Position numbers and translations under genes: made by a program. A stretch of DNA of 64,000 bases. It comes from Mobula hypostoma. Taxonomy: Eukaryota. The notes under the pieces are model-generated. The model was not told the origin of the DNA, searched no databases, and saw only the letters and a list, made by a program, of their open reading frames with translations. The stretch lies in assembly GCF_963921235.1 (NCBI RefSeq), contig NC_086097.1, positions 12,772,001 to 12,836,000 of the forward strand, given 5' to 3'. This document shows, one piece after another, positions 24,113 to 37,345 of this stretch (its first letter is position 1; the number at the start of each line of letters is the position of its first letter).

Positions 24113-26919
24113 TATATTGTGGCCATCACTGAGACCTGGCTAAAGGATGCATGTCTCTGGGAGCTGAACGTCCAAGGATACACGGTGTATCGGAAGGATA
24201 GGAAGGTAGGCAGAGGGGGAGGCATGGCTTTATTGGTAAGAAATGATATTAAATCATTAGAAAGAGGTGATATAGGATCGGAAGGTGCAGAATCTTTATG
24301 GGTTGAGCTAAGAAATTGCAGGGGTAAAAGGACCCTGATGGCAGTTATTTATCGGCCTCCAAACAGCTGCAGGGATGTGGACTACAAATTACAACAGGAA
24401 ATAGAAAAGGCTTGTCAGAAGGCCAGTGTTATGATAATTGTGGGGGATTTTAACATGGGAGTAGATTGGGAAAATCAGGTCGGCACTGGATCTCAAGAGA
24501 GAGAATTTGTAGAATGTCTGCGAGGTGGCTTTTTAGAACAGCTTGTTGTTGAGCCCACTAGGGGATCGACTGTACTGGATTGGGTATTGTGTAATGAACC
24601 GGAGGTGATTAGAGAGATTGAGGTGAAGGAACCCTTAGGAGGCAGTGATCATAACATGATTAAGTTCACTGTGAAATTAGAAAAAGAGAAGCCAAAATCT
24701 GATGTGTCGGTATTTCAGTGGAGTAAAGGAAATTACAGTGGCATGAGAGAGGAACTGGCCAAAGCTGACTGGAAAGGGACACTGGCGGGAAAGACAGCAG
24801 AGCAGCAGTGGCTGGAGTTTATGCAAGAAATGAGGAAGGTGCAAGACAGGTATATTCCAAAAAAGAAGAAATTTTCGAGTGGAAAAAGGATGCAACCATG
24901 GTTGACAAGAGAAGTCAAAGCCAAAGTTAAAGCAAAGGAGAGGGCATACAAGGAAGCAAAAATTTGTGGGAAGACAGAGGATTGGGAAGTTTTTAAAACC
25001 TTACAAAAGAAAACCAAGAAGGTCATTAAGAGAGAAAAGATTAACTATGAAAGGAAGCTAGCAAATAATATCAAAGAGGATACTAAAAGCTTTTTCATGT
25101 ATATAAAGAGTAAAAGACAGGTGAGAGTAGATATAGGATGATAGAAAATGATGCTGGAGAAATTGTAATGGGAGATAAGGAGATGGCAGAGGAACTGAAC
25201 AAGTATTTTGCATCAGTCTTCACTGAGGAAGACATCAGCAGTATACCGGACACTCAAGGGTGGCAGGGAAGAGAAGTGTGCTCAGTAACAATTATGACAG
25301 AGAAAGTACTCAGGAAGCTGAATAGTCTAAAGGTCGATAAATCTCCTGGACCAGATGGAATGCACCCTCGTGTTCTGAAGGAAGTAGCTGTGGAGATTGT
25401 GGAGGCATTAGCGATGATCTTTCAAAAGTCGATAGATTCTGGCATGGTTCCAGAGGACTGGAAGATTGCGAATGTCACTCCGCTATTTAAGAAGGGGGCA
25501 AGGAAGCAAAAAGGAAATTATAGACCTGTTAGCTTGACATCGGTGGTAGGGAAGTTGTTGGAGTCGATTGTCAAGGATGAGGTTACAGAGTACCTGGAGG
25601 CATATGACAAGATAGGCAGAACTCAGCATGGATTCCTTAAAGGAAAATCCTGCCTGACAAACCTATTACAATTTTTTGAGGCAATTACCAGTAGGCTAGA
25701 CAAGGGAGATGTAGTGGATGTTGTATATTTGGATTTTCAGAAGGCCTTTGACAAGGTGCCACACATGAGGCTGCTTAACAAGATAAGAGCCCATGGAATT
25801 ACAGGAAAGTTACATATGTGGATAAAGCGTTGGCTGATTGGCAGGAAACAGAGAGTGGGAATAAAGAGATCCCATACTGGTTGGCTGCCGGTTACCAGTG
25901 GTGTTCCACAAGGGTCAGTGTTGGGGCCGTTTCTTTTTACATTGTACATCAACAATTTGGATTATGGAATAGATGGCTTTGTGGCTAAATTTGCTGATGA
26001 TATGAAGATAGGTGGAGGGGCCGGTAGTACTGAGGAAACAGAGAGTCTGCAGAGAGACTTGGATAGATTGGAAGAATGGGCAAAGAAGTGGCAAATGAAA
26101 TACAATGTTGGAAAGTGTATGGTTATGCACTTTGGCAGAAAAAATAAATGGGCAGACTATTACTTAAATGGGAAAAGAATTCAAAGTTCTGAGATGCAAC
26201 GGGACTTGAGAGTCCTCGTACAGGATACCCTTAAAGTTAACCTCCAAGTTGAGTCAATAGTGAAGAAGGCGAATGCAATGTTGGCATTCATTTCTAGAGG
26301 AATAGAGTATAGGAGCAGGGATGTGATGTTGAGGCTCTATAAGGCGCTGGTGAGACCTCACTTGGAGTACTGTGGGCAGTTTTGGTCTCCTTATTTAAGA
26401 AAGGATGTGCTGACGTTGGAGAGGGTACAGAGAAGATTCACTGGAATGATTCCGGGAATGAGAGGGTTAACATATGAGGAATGTTTGTCCGCTCTTGGAC
26501 TGTATTCCTTGGAGTTTAGAAGAATGAGGGGAGACCTCATAGAAACATTTCGAATGTTGAAAGGCATGGACAGAGTGGATGTGGCAAAGTTGTTTCACAT
26601 GATGGGGGAGTCTAGTATGAGAGGGCATGACTTAAGGATTGAAGGGCACCCATTCAAAACAGAAATGCGAAGAAATTTTTTTTCGCCAGAGGGTGGTGAG
26701 TCTATGGAATTTGTTGCCACGGGCAGCAGTGGAGGCCAAGTCATTGGGTGTATTTAAGGCAGAGATTGATAGGTATCTGAGTAGCCAGGGCTTCAAAGGT
26801 TATGGTGAGAAGGTGGGGGAGTGGGACTAAATGGGAGAATGGATCAGCCCATGATAAAATGGCGGAGCAGACTCGATGGGCCAAATGGCTTATTTCTGCT
26901 CCTTTGTCTTATGGTCTTA
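24113..26919 (+). mobile_element. Young, nearly complete CR1 ORF2 (APE endonuclease + RT) with 3' tail
   Basis: IVAITETW, YRKDR, IYRPP, GDFN, SDHN, KSPGPDG, YLDFQKAFD, GVPQGSVLGP, KFADD, RPHLEYC. Frameshifts at ~25138 and in the poly-T at ~26680; tail tcttatggtctta. Confidence 0.96.
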
Positions 26920-27779
26920 CTTATTTAATTTAATATTTCTTATTGCAATTTAAAGTAGTATTATATATAGCAATGTACTGCCACTGCAAAATGTAACATT
27001 TCATGACATATGTCAGTGTTATTAAAGCTGATTCTGATTTATGTGTGGAGCCACAGAAGATGGGCCAGGTCTTTAAAGTATGTATAATTTTCAAAATCTC
27101 TTTTTACCATGGAGTAGAACATGGAAGCTAAAGAAGTAAGGAAAGAGTATAAAGATGCCTTGGGACAAAATGAAGAGCTTTTGGTGATTTTAACACACTT
27201 AAGGTTAGACAAATCCCTAGGATCTGACCAACCATATCTTTGGAGATTATAGAAAGTAGGGAAGAAATTGCTGACACCTTGACAGAGATACTTGTATCAT
27301 CATTAGTGTATAGCGAGCTATCAGAAGCTTAAATGGTAGCTAATGTTATGCCTTTATTTAAGAAGGGCTGCAGTGATAAACTAGGAACTACAGTCAAGTG
27401 AGCTTTAGATTAGTAGTGGGAAAATTACAAGAAGGGATTCTGAGAGATAGGATCTACCTGCATTTGGAAAGGTAAGAATGGTCTGAGTGGTCTGCATGGC
27501 TTTGTGCATAAGCAATCCGGCGAATTTTTTGAAGAGGGTGAGGTCGCCTACGTGGACTTTAACAAGACCTCTGACAGGGTCCTGTATGGTAGGCAGCTCC
27601 AGAAGGCTGGATCACATGGGATCAAAGGTGATTTAGCTAGCTGGTGCAGTCTGGTTCAGATGAAGGGTCTCAACCTGAGATAGTGATTATCAATTCCCTT
27701 CTACAGATAATGCCTGACCCATTGATTTCTTACAGCCATTTCTTTTTTATATATCAATTATTAACCATATTTAAATGTA

Positions 27780-28441
27780 ATTTAAAGGTTAATTTGCAGG
27801 TTTAGTGAGTGGTGAGGAAAGCAAATGTGATGTTAGCATTCATTTCAAGAGGTCCAGAATATAAAAACAAGAGTATAATGTTGAGGCTTCATAAAGCAAT
27901 GGTGAGGCCTCACTCGGAGTATCGTGAGCAGTTATGGGCCCCTTATCTTACAAAGGATGAGCTGACATTGGAGGGGGTTCAAAGGAGGTTCACAAAAATG
28001 ATTCCAGGATGGAACGGCTTGTCATATGAAGAGTGTCTGATGGCTCTGGGGCCTGTATTCACTGGAACTCAGAATAATGAGGAGTGACCTCATTGAACTC
28101 TATCAAATGGTGAAAGACCTTGATAGAGTGGATATGGAGAGGATGTTTCCTATGGTGGGAGAGTCTAAGACCGGAGGACACAGCCTCAGAATAGAGGGTG
28201 TCCTTTTAGACAGAGTGGAGATCCTGTGGAATTCTTTGCCACAGGCAGCTGTGGAGGCCAAGTCATTACATATATTTAAGGCAAAGGTTGATAGATTCCT
28301 GATTGTTCAGGGCATGAAGGGATACAGGGAGATGGCAGGAATTTGGAGCTGAGAGGGAAAATGGATCAGCCATGATGACATGGTGGAGAACACTCAATGT
28401 GCCAAATGGCCTAATTCTGCTCCTATATCTTATGGTCTTAA
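27780..28441 (+). mobile_element. CR1 3' fragment
   Basis: ORFs 27809..28087 and 28077..28352; tail tcttatggtctta. Confidence 0.88.
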
Positions 28442-29316
28442 AACTTGTTACAACTATGTTAGCTTTGCTGACTAGAATTGCATTTACAGTTCAACAGGTA
28501 TCTTAGCCCAGAGAGACTGAGGGTGATGGGATAACATTCGGAATATTTGATGAGCTGCCTGTCCTCCAGTTATTCACAACCGTTCCTCCTGGAGGTGGCT
28601 TTATAACTAAGAATCCCTAGAGGAGAAGGAATGTAGAAAAATCTGGAGGAAATGTAAACAAATCCACCAAGCATCCAATTTACAGCTGCTTTTCATTTTC
28701 TCCACCCCACTTTAAACTTCCGAAGGCTTAGGACAATTCTGGCTTCACTTTTCAACTCTGTGCTATTTTGAGTGAATTTTATCTTCAAACTGTTGGTTCA
28801 ATTTAATGCTTAACAAATAGCCGTCACCCCTATACAGGAATTTCATCATTGTGCCTACCAGCTACCTATCTCACTGGATTTCAGATCAGATTTGTTATTT
28901 TGACACAGGTTGCAAAACCACTGTAAAGGAGCAGCCCAGAGACGCATTAACACAAACACACAGGAGTAAGGTTTTGGAATTTAAATTTTTTTAAAATACT
29001 CAATCCTCATTCCGTTCCTCCATTCCTTCACCAATCTCACTTCCACATTTTCTCAACTCCCAGCAACACAATTCAGTCTACATCTTCATTTTTTTTTTGT
29101 TTTTTCATTTTCCTTTGATCCTTTTGTTTGGTCTTTGTACCCATCATTTCTGATCCATCAATCTACACTCCTCAGCTCTACTCCCTCATTTTCCAGTTCC
29201 AGAAAACCAACCAGCTATTTACATTCAGATCATTTATCCTCAGCATTTCATTCCCCTATCCCCCTCAGTCCACACACCACCAAACACCACACCCAATCTA
29301 TCATTCCATTATTGAT

Positions 29317-30390
29317 AGATGGGAGATGCCAGAGAGTAGTGGTGGATAACTGTTTGTCAGATTGGAGGCCGGTGATTAGTGGTTTGTCTCAAGGATCTGT
29401 ACTGGGTCCAATGTTGTTTGTAATATATACTAATGATCTATTTGATGGGTGGTAAATTGGATTAGTAAGTATGCAGATGATACTAAGATAGGGGGTGTTG
29501 TGGATGGTGAGGTAGGTTTTCAAAACTTGCAGAGAGATTTAGGGCAGTTAGAAGAGTGGGCTGAAAGATGGCAGATGGAGTTTAACGCTGAAAAATGTGA
29601 GGTGCTACATTTTGGTAGAACTAATCAAAATAGGATATACATGGTAAATGGTAGAGCATTAAAGAATGCTTTAGAACAGAGGGATCTAGGAATAACGGTG
29701 CATAGTTCCCTGAAGATGGAATCTCATGTGGATAGGGTGGTGAAGAAAGTTTTTGGTTTGCTGGCCTTTATTAATCAGAGCATTGAGTATAGGAGTTGGG
29801 ATGTAATGTTGAATTTGTATAAGGCATTGGTAAGGCCAAATCTGGAGTATTGTGTACAGTTCTGGTCACCGAATTATAGGAAGGATGTCAATAAAATTGA
29901 GAGAGTACAGAGGAGATTTACTAAAATGTTGCCTGGGTTTCATCTCCTAAGTTACAGAGAAAGGTTGAACAAGTTAGGTCTTTATTCTTTGGAGCGTAGA
30001 AGTTTGAGGGGAGACTTGATAGAGGTGTTTATAATTATGAGGGGGATTGATAGAGTTGACGTGGTTAGACTTTTTCCATTGAGAGTGGGGAAGATTCAAA
30101 CAAGAGGGCATGGGTTGAGAATTAGAGGGCAAAAGTTTAGGGGTATCATGAGGGGAACTTCTTTACTCAGAGAGTGGTAGCTGTGTGGAACGAGCTTCCA
30201 GCAGAAGTGGTTGAGACAGGTTCTATGTTGTCATTTAAAGTTAAATTGGATAGATATATGGACAGGAAAGGAATGGAGGGTTATGGGCTGAGTGCAGGTC
30301 GGTGGGAATAGGATAGGGTAAGAGTGCGGCACGGACTAGAAGTGCCGAGATGGCCTGTTTCCGTGCTGTAATTGTTATATGGTTATATTA
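29317..30390 (+). mobile_element. CR1 RT/3' fragment, distinct subfamily
   Basis: QGSVLGP, KYADDTK, RPNLEYCVQFWSP; tail ttatatggttatatt. Confidence 0.92.
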
Positions 30391-30399
30391 TACGGTTAA

Positions 30400-30662
30400 C
30401 ATCTAAGAAGGGCATCTATTTAGAATGAAGATGAGCAAGAATTTCTTTAGCCAAAAGTGGTGAATCTGTGGAATTCATTGGCACAGATGGCTGTGGAGGC
30501 CATGTTATTGGGTACATTTAAAGCAGAAATTGATAGATTCTTGGTTAGTCAAGATGTCAAAGGTTACAGGGAAAAGACGGGTTGAGAGGGAAAATAAATC
30601 ACCCATAATGGAATGGCAGATCAGACTTGATGGGCCAAGTGGCCTAATTCTGTTCCAATGTC
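30400..30662 (+). mobile_element. Short CR1 3' end
   Basis: gtggtgaatctgtggaattc...gtggaggcc...ggcctaattctg. Confidence 0.75.
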
Positions 30663-30699
30663 TAAAAAATGATACATTAAGTTTATTTGCAACATTGCA

Positions 30700-33090
30700 A
30701 GTAATATTGCAAAGGTGTTCTGTGCTCGGTGTCAGATGTGGGAATTCCGGGAGACTCCCAGCCTCCCGCAAGGCCACATCTGCACCAGATGAGTCAAGCT
30801 GCAGCTCCTTAGGGACTGGGTTATGGAACTGGTGATGCAGCTCGATGACCTTCTTCTGGTCAGGGGGAGTGAGGAGGTAATAGGCAGGTAGTCACATCGG
30901 GGCCTCGGGAGATAGGTAAGTGGGTAACAGGAGAGGGAAGAGCAAGAGGCAGATACTAGAGAGTACCCCAGTGACTGTCCTCCTTAACAATAAGTACTCC
31001 TGTTTGAGTACTGTTGGGGTGGGACAGCCTACCTAGGGGAAGCAACAGTGGCTGCGCCTCTGGCACAGAGTCTGGCCCTGTGGGTTAGAAGGGTAGGGAA
31101 AGGAAGAGGATGGCAGCAGTGACAGGGGACTCTATAGTTAGGGCGTCAGACAGGCGATTCTGTGGATGCAGGAAAGAAAAACGGATGGTAGTTTGCCTCC
31201 CAGGTGCCAGGGTCCGAGGCGTTTCTGATCACGTCCACGATATCCTGAAGTGGGAAGGAGAACAGCCAGAGGTTGTGGTACATATTGGTACCAATGACAT
31301 AGGTAGGAGAAGGGAGTAGGTCCTGAAAACATACTACAGGGAGTTAGGATGGAAGTTGAGAAGCAGGACCACAAAGGTAGTAATCTCGGGATTACTGCCT
31401 GTGCCATGTGACCCTAAGTATAGGAATAGAATGAGGTGGAGGATAAATGCGTAGCTGAGGGATTGGAGCAGAGGGCAGGGATTCAGATTTCTGGATCATT
31501 GCAACCTCCTTTGGGGCAGGTGTGACCTCTACAAAAAGAACGGGTTGCATCTGAATCCCAAGGGGACCAATATCCTGGTGGGGAGGTTTGCAAAGGCTAC
31601 TGGGGAGAGTTTAAACTAGAATTACTGGGGGGGTGGGAACCGAACTGAAGAGACTGAGGAAGAGGCGGTTGGCTCACAAATAGAGAAAGCTTGGAGACAG
31701 TGCGAGAGGGAGAATAGGCAGGTGATAAAGAAGGGATGTGCTCAGACTGATTTGAGGTGTGTTCATTTTAATGCAAGGAGTATTATGAACAAAGCAGATG
31801 GATGAGCTTAGAGCGTGGATCAGTACTTGGAGCTATGATGTTGTGGTCATTACAGAGACTCGGATGGCTTAGGGGCAGGAGTGGTTACTTTGAATGCCAG
31901 GCTTTAGATGTTTCAGAAAAGACAGGGAGGGAGGCAAAAGAGGTGGGGACATGGCACTGTTGATCTGAGATAGTGTCACGGCTGCAGAAAAGGAGGAAGT
32001 TATGGAGGGATTGTCTACGGAGTCTCTGTGGATGGAAGTTAGGAAGAGGAAGGGGTCAATAGCTCTAGTAGGTGTTTTTTATAGACCACCCAATAGTCAC
32101 AGGGACATTGAGGAGCAGATAGGGAGACAGATACTGGGAAGGTGTAATAATAATAGGGTTGTTGTGGTGGGAGATATTAATTTCCCAAATATCGATTGGC
32201 ATCTCACTAGAGCGAGGGGTTTAGATGAGATGGAGTTTGTTAGGTGTGTTCAGGAAGGTTTCTTGACACAATATGTAGATAAGAGGAGAGGCTGTACTTG
32301 ATCTGGTATTGGGAAATGAACCTGGTCAGGTGTCAGGTCTCTCAGTGGGAGAGCATTTTGGAGATAGTGATCATAATTCTATCTCCTTTACAATAGCATT
32401 GGAGAGAGATAGGAACAGACAAGTTAGAAAAGCATTTAATTGGAATAAGGGAAATTATGAGGTTCTCAGGCAGGAAATTGGAAGCTTAAGTTGGAAACAG
32501 ATGTTCTCAGGGAAAAGTACGGAAGAAATGTGGCAAATTTTCAGGGGATTTTTGTGTGGCGTTCTGCCTAGGTACGTTCTAATGAGACAGGGAAGTTATG
32601 GTAGGGTATAGGAACCGTGGTGTACAAAGGTTGCAATAAATCTAGTCAAGAAGATAAGGAAAGCTTACGAAAGGTTCAGAGAGCTAGGTAATGTTCGAGA
32701 TCTAGAAAATTATAAAGCTAGCAGGAAGGAGCTTAAGAAAGAAGAGTTTCAGTATTCAGTACGGAAAAGGATCTTGATGATTGTGGGGGTGCCTTACAGT
32801 GGATTGAAAAGCTTGAGCATGTAGATATTAAGGAAGAGGATGTGCTGGAGCTTTTGGAATGCATCAAGTTGGATAAGTCACCGGGACCAGACGGGGTGTA
32901 CCCCAGGCTACTGTGGGAGGCGAGGGAGGAGGTTGATGAGCCTCTAGCGATGATCTTGCATCATCAATGGGTGCGGGAGAGGTTCCGGAGGATTGGAGGT
33001 TTGCGGATGTTGTTCCCTTATTCAAGAAAGGGAGTAGAGATAGCCCAGGAAATTATAGACCAGTGAGTCTTACTTCAGTAGGTAAGTTAA
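30700..33090 (+). mobile_element. CR1 5' half: ORF1 (Cys-rich finger + SGNH/GDSL esterase) and ORF2 endonuclease, 3'-truncated
   Basis: C..C.MWE...HIC..; GDSIVR, VCLPGAR, VHIGTND and GLHLN blocks; ORF2 FNARSI, FYRPP, GD.NFP, SDHN, KSPGPDG; ends at NYRPVSLTS. Confidence 0.88.
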
Positions 33091-33245
33091 TAACTCATCT
33101 CCTTCTACCTTAGACCATGAACTTATCAAATACCCCTGATGCATTATTAACTTCAAACTTTTCTGCATAATCACTCAAAGAGTTGAACTGCATGTGCATG
33201 CAAAGAGAGTTGTATAACTCATCTCCTTCTACCTTAGGCCACGAA
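33091..33245. repeat. Direct duplication of a mariner-like terminal sequence
   Basis: taactcatctccttctaccttagRccaYgaa at 33091-33121 and 33215-33245. Confidence 0.6.
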
Positions 33246-33309
33246 TATATATATTTACTATAATTAAGTTTTTTTTCTCTAAATTTACCTATCATGGATT
33301 TCATTGCAC

Positions 33310-33697
33310 TACCGTTCTAAAGTTAACAAATTTCACGACATATGCCAGTGATAAAGGGAATTGTGGTTGGGAAAAGGGGAAGGGAGAGAGGTTGGAGTGG
33401 GCAGCACCAGAGAAAATTTCTGTAATGATCAATAAATCAATTGTTTGGAATCAAATGACCCTGCCTGGTGTCTCAGAGCTGGATGTGTCTGTACCCATGC
33501 CAGATCTCGCCCCGGCACTCCTTCTCTGCTACCTGTCCCACACTCCTCCCATGGCACTGCACACCTGCCATTCACTACATCCTTTGTTCCCTCCAGATTT
33601 ACAACCTCACTCTCCAATCTATGTTGACAAATACCATACTGTGCAAATTCTTGGGCCCCTTCGCTATATATATGGCTAAGGCTTTTGCAGACTACTG
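33310..33697 (+). mobile_element. Composite repeat ending in a ~65-bp hairpin MITE (inverted copy at 39386-39897)
   Basis: Homologous to the reverse complement of 39386-39830; terminal IR ..tactgtgcaaa / tttgcagactactg flanked by TA. Confidence 0.65.
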
Positions 33698-34564
33698 TAT
33701 GCGTCACAAATACATGAATGTGTGCAGCAAAAATAAATCTTTTTGCCCATTTGGGCATAGCACTGACCCTTCTTCCTACACGTTGACTGACAGAAATCAG
33801 TTCCTACATTTCAGCAATTGCAACAAAATTATAAGCACAAGAGACTCTGCAGGCACTGGAACTCTAGGGCAACACACTCACAATACTAGAGGAACTCAGT
33901 AGGTCAGGCAGCATCGATAGAAAAGAATAAACAGTCGATGTTTCAGATCAAGACCCTTCATCAGTACGGATGTAGTCTGATCCGCTGAGGTGTAATTACA
34001 GTATTTTGATCTTAATTAATATGAATTTTCAGATTGCACAAAATTAGGGAAGTGAGGGAAAGACAGTATACCTTTAAAATAATACCTCCAGTCAAAATAC
34101 AAATAAAAAGTAAGTATCCATCAATCAATAATATAAAGCTTACCTGCCTTAAATCCTGGTGTTAACTTGGCAGTTGCATTTCACCCTGAAGAACCATAAA
34201 CTGGAAACTACAAATGCCCACTTCCTAGCCCTACCAGCTTTATTTTGAAAGGTTTGTGTAACTGCTAGATTTCTGCAATCAATTGTGATTATTAATGACG
34301 GAATTTGCTTCTTGTTGATCTATGAGTGTGGGTTGAAGTGGACATTTATCAATGTTTCCTGATTAAAAATCGCATCCTGCCAAGCCTACCTATGCATCAC
34401 CAGACTTTGGTGTCCTAATGTAGGATTTATGCATCAGAGAGGGAGCACATTAGAGATCAGATTTTGCTCGAGAAAATATCCAAGAATGAAGAACACAACT
34501 GGAAGCACTCAGAAACTCAAAAGATTCTGCAGATGATGAGAATGCAGAATTACACACACACACG

Positions 34565-34856
34565 CCTCACAATCGAGGGATATCCTTTTAGAACAGAGAT
34601 GAAGGAATTTCTTTAGCTAGACAGTGGTGAATCAGTGGAATTCGTTGCCACAGGCGGCTGTGGAGGCTAAGTTTTATGTATACTTAAGGCAGAGGTTGAT
34701 AGATTCTTCACCAGTCAGGGCATGAAGGGATTTGGGGAGAAGGCAGGAGATTGGGGCTGAGAGGGCAACGGATCAGCCATGATGAAATGGTGAAGCAGAT
34801 TCAATGTGCCAAATGGCCTAATTCTGCTCCTATATCTTATAGTTTTTATGGTCTTA
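34565..34856 (+). mobile_element. Short CR1 3' end
   Basis: gtggtgaatcagtggaattc...ggcctaattctgctcctatatcttat...tatggtctta. Confidence 0.8.
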
Positions 34857-35330
34857 AAATGCTGGAGGAACCCAGCAGATCAGATAGCATCTACGGAAAA
34901 GAATGAACAGTTAATGTTTCAGTCCAAGACCCTTCAACGGTCCTAATAAAGGGACTCAGCCCGAAACATCGACTGTTTATTCATTTCCAGAGATGCTACC
35001 TGACCTGCTGAGTTCCTCCAACATTTTGTGTGTGTTGCTCATGTTATTGTGCTTATTTTTATTCATTTTGCTGTAAGTCATGTATACTTCATGTTAATTC
35101 AAAATATGAAGCAAAATTATGAAGAAAGAATTATGGTCATAGAGATATGCGCACAAAATGCTGGAGGAACTCAGCAGGTCAGGCAGCATCTGCGGAGAGG
35201 AATAAAGAATCAACAATTTAAACTGAGACCCTTCATCTGGACTCAGCCTGAATTGTCGACTCCTTACTCCTCTTCATAGATGCTGCCTGACCTGCTGAGT
35301 TACACAAGTATTTTGTATGTGTTATTCCAG
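34857..35330. mobile_element. Two fold-back Penelope pseudo-LTR remnants (34857-35040; 35150-35330)
   Basis: Each reads aatgctggaggaac..agcatct..acccttca [turn] ..cagcc(c/t)gaa..agatgct..ctgacctgctgagtt. Confidence 0.7.
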
Positions 35331-35400
35331 AAATACTCAGGATCTAGATATACATATATATATATATGATTTAATAATTTAATTATTGCTGTTCAAATGC

Positions 35401-36394
35401 AATAGAAACATAGAAACATCGAAAACCTACAGCACAATACAGGCTCTTCGGCCCACAAAGCTGTGCCAAAAACCTCCTTACATTAGAAATTACCTAGGGT
35501 TACCCATAGCCCTCTATTTTTCTAAGCTCCATGTACTTATCCAGGAGTCTCTTAAAAGATCCTATCGTTTCTTCCTCCACTACCGTCGTCGGCAGCCCAT
35601 TCCACATACTCATCACTCTCTGCGTAAAAAACTTACCCCTGAAACCTCCTCTGTACCTACTTCCAAGCAGCTTATAACTGTGCCCTGCTGTGCTAGCCAT
35701 TTCAGCCCTGGGAAAAAGCTTCTGACTATCCACATGATCAATGTCTCTCATCACCTTATACACCTCTATCAGGTCATCTCTCATCCTCCGTCGCTCCAAG
35801 GAGAAAAGGCCAAGTTCATTCAACCTATCTTCATAAGGCATGCTCCTCAATCCAGGCAACATCCTTGTAAATCTCCTCTGCACCCCTTCTATGCTTTCCA
35901 TGTTCTTCCTGCAGTGGGTGACAAGAACTGAGCACAGTACTCCAAGCGGGGTCTGACCAGGGTCCTATAAGGCTGGAACATTACCTCTTGGCTCTTTAAC
36001 TCAATCCCATGGTTGATGAAGGCCAATGCACCGTATGCCTTCTTAACCACAGAGTCAACCTGCGCAGCAGCTTTGAGTGACCTATGGACACAGACCCGAA
36101 GATCCCTCTGATCCTCCACACTGCCAAGAGTCTTACTATTAATACTATATTCTGCCATCATATTTGCCCTACCAAAATGAACCACCTCACACTTACTGTA
36201 TCTGGGTTGAACTCCATCTGCCACTTCTCAGCCCTGTTTTGCATCCTATCAATGCTTCGCTGTAACCTCTGACAGCCCTCCACACTATTCACAACACCAC
36301 CAACCTTTGTGTCATCAGAAAACTTACTAACCCATCCCTCCACTTCCTCATCTAGGTCATTTATAAAAGTCACGAAGAGTAAGGGTCCCAGAAC
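35401..36394 (-). mobile_element. CR1 RT/3' fragment
   Basis: VLGPLLFVTFINDLD, KFSDDTK, RPRLEYC, ORF 35500..35901; (TTTCTATG)n tail at 35401-35420. Confidence 0.92.
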
Positions 36395-36569
36395 ATAGAT
36401 GCTGCCTGACCTGCTGAGTTCCTCCAACATCTTGTGCGTGTTGCTTTATCTTATTGTGTTCTTTTTTGGTGCTGCGTCACATCCAGAATTACAATTATTT
36501 TGTTCTCCTTTATACTTGTGTATTGGGAATGACCTTAAACACTTAAGGCCTTTTGTAACTGTGAACATG

Positions 36570-37345
36570 AGAAAATCTGTAGATGCTGGAAATCCAAAGT
36601 AACACACACAAAGTGCTGAAGGAACTCAGCAGGTGAGGTAGCATCTATGGAAAAGAGTAAACAGTCGATGTTTCGGGCCTAGACCTTCTTCAGGACTGAG
36701 AAAGAAGGGTAAGGTGCCTGAATAAAATGGTGGGGGGCAGGGGAAGGGGGCTAGCTGAAGCCAGGTGGGTGGGATAGGTCAAGGGCCGGAGAAGAAAGAA
36801 AGAAAGAAAGTATTTAATAGGAGAGAATGGACAATAGCAGAAAAGGATGGAAGAGAGGACCCGGAGGGAAGTAATAGGCAGGTGAGGAGAAGTGAAAGGT
36901 CACGGTGGGGAATAGATGAATTAGGGGTGGGGTGGAATTTTTTCCCGGGAAGGAGAAATTGATATTCATGCTACCAGATTGGAGGGTTCCCAGACGGAAT
37001 ATAGTGTTGCTCCTCCACTCTGAGGGTAGCCTCATCTTGGCACAAGAGGAGGCCATGGATCGATACGTCAGAACGGGAATGGGAATTAAAATACTTGGCC
37101 AACGGGAAGTCCTGTTTGTGGCAGATGATGCGGAGGTGTTCAAAAAAGTGGTCCCCCAATTTACAACGATTCTCACCAATGCTGAGGAGGCCATGCCTGG
37201 AGCAACAGACACAGTAGACAACCCCAGGAGATTTGCAGGTTGCCTCACCTGGAAAGACTGTTTCTGGCCCTAATGGAGGTGAGGGAGAGGGTGAATGGGC
37301 AGGTGTAGCACTTAGGCCGTTTGCAAGGATAAGTGGCGGGAGGGA
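36570..37345 (-). mobile_element. Penelope-like element 3' part: degraded GIY-YIG endonuclease + pseudo-LTR with hammerhead
   Basis: TC.S.GVVYCVCCSRHGLLSIGE.R.KL.D.F.EH; CAGUC-CUGAAGA-...-GAAACAUC-GACUG at 36662-36698. Confidence 0.85.

Larger units (their letters stand above)
22590..27645 (+). mobile_element. Old CR1 ORF2 relic (22590-23405 and 27041-27645) hosting later insertions
   Basis: Degenerate endonuclease (ITET, G.FNFP.ID) before the inserts; KS.G.D, F.K...NY..VS and DF.K..D after them. Confidence 0.65.

Noticed and set aside
24065..25141. 358-aa endonuclease ORF as a host gene
   Set aside because: The ATG and first ~16 codons come from a flanking Rex 3' UTR; the rest is CR1 ORF2 ended by a frameshift.
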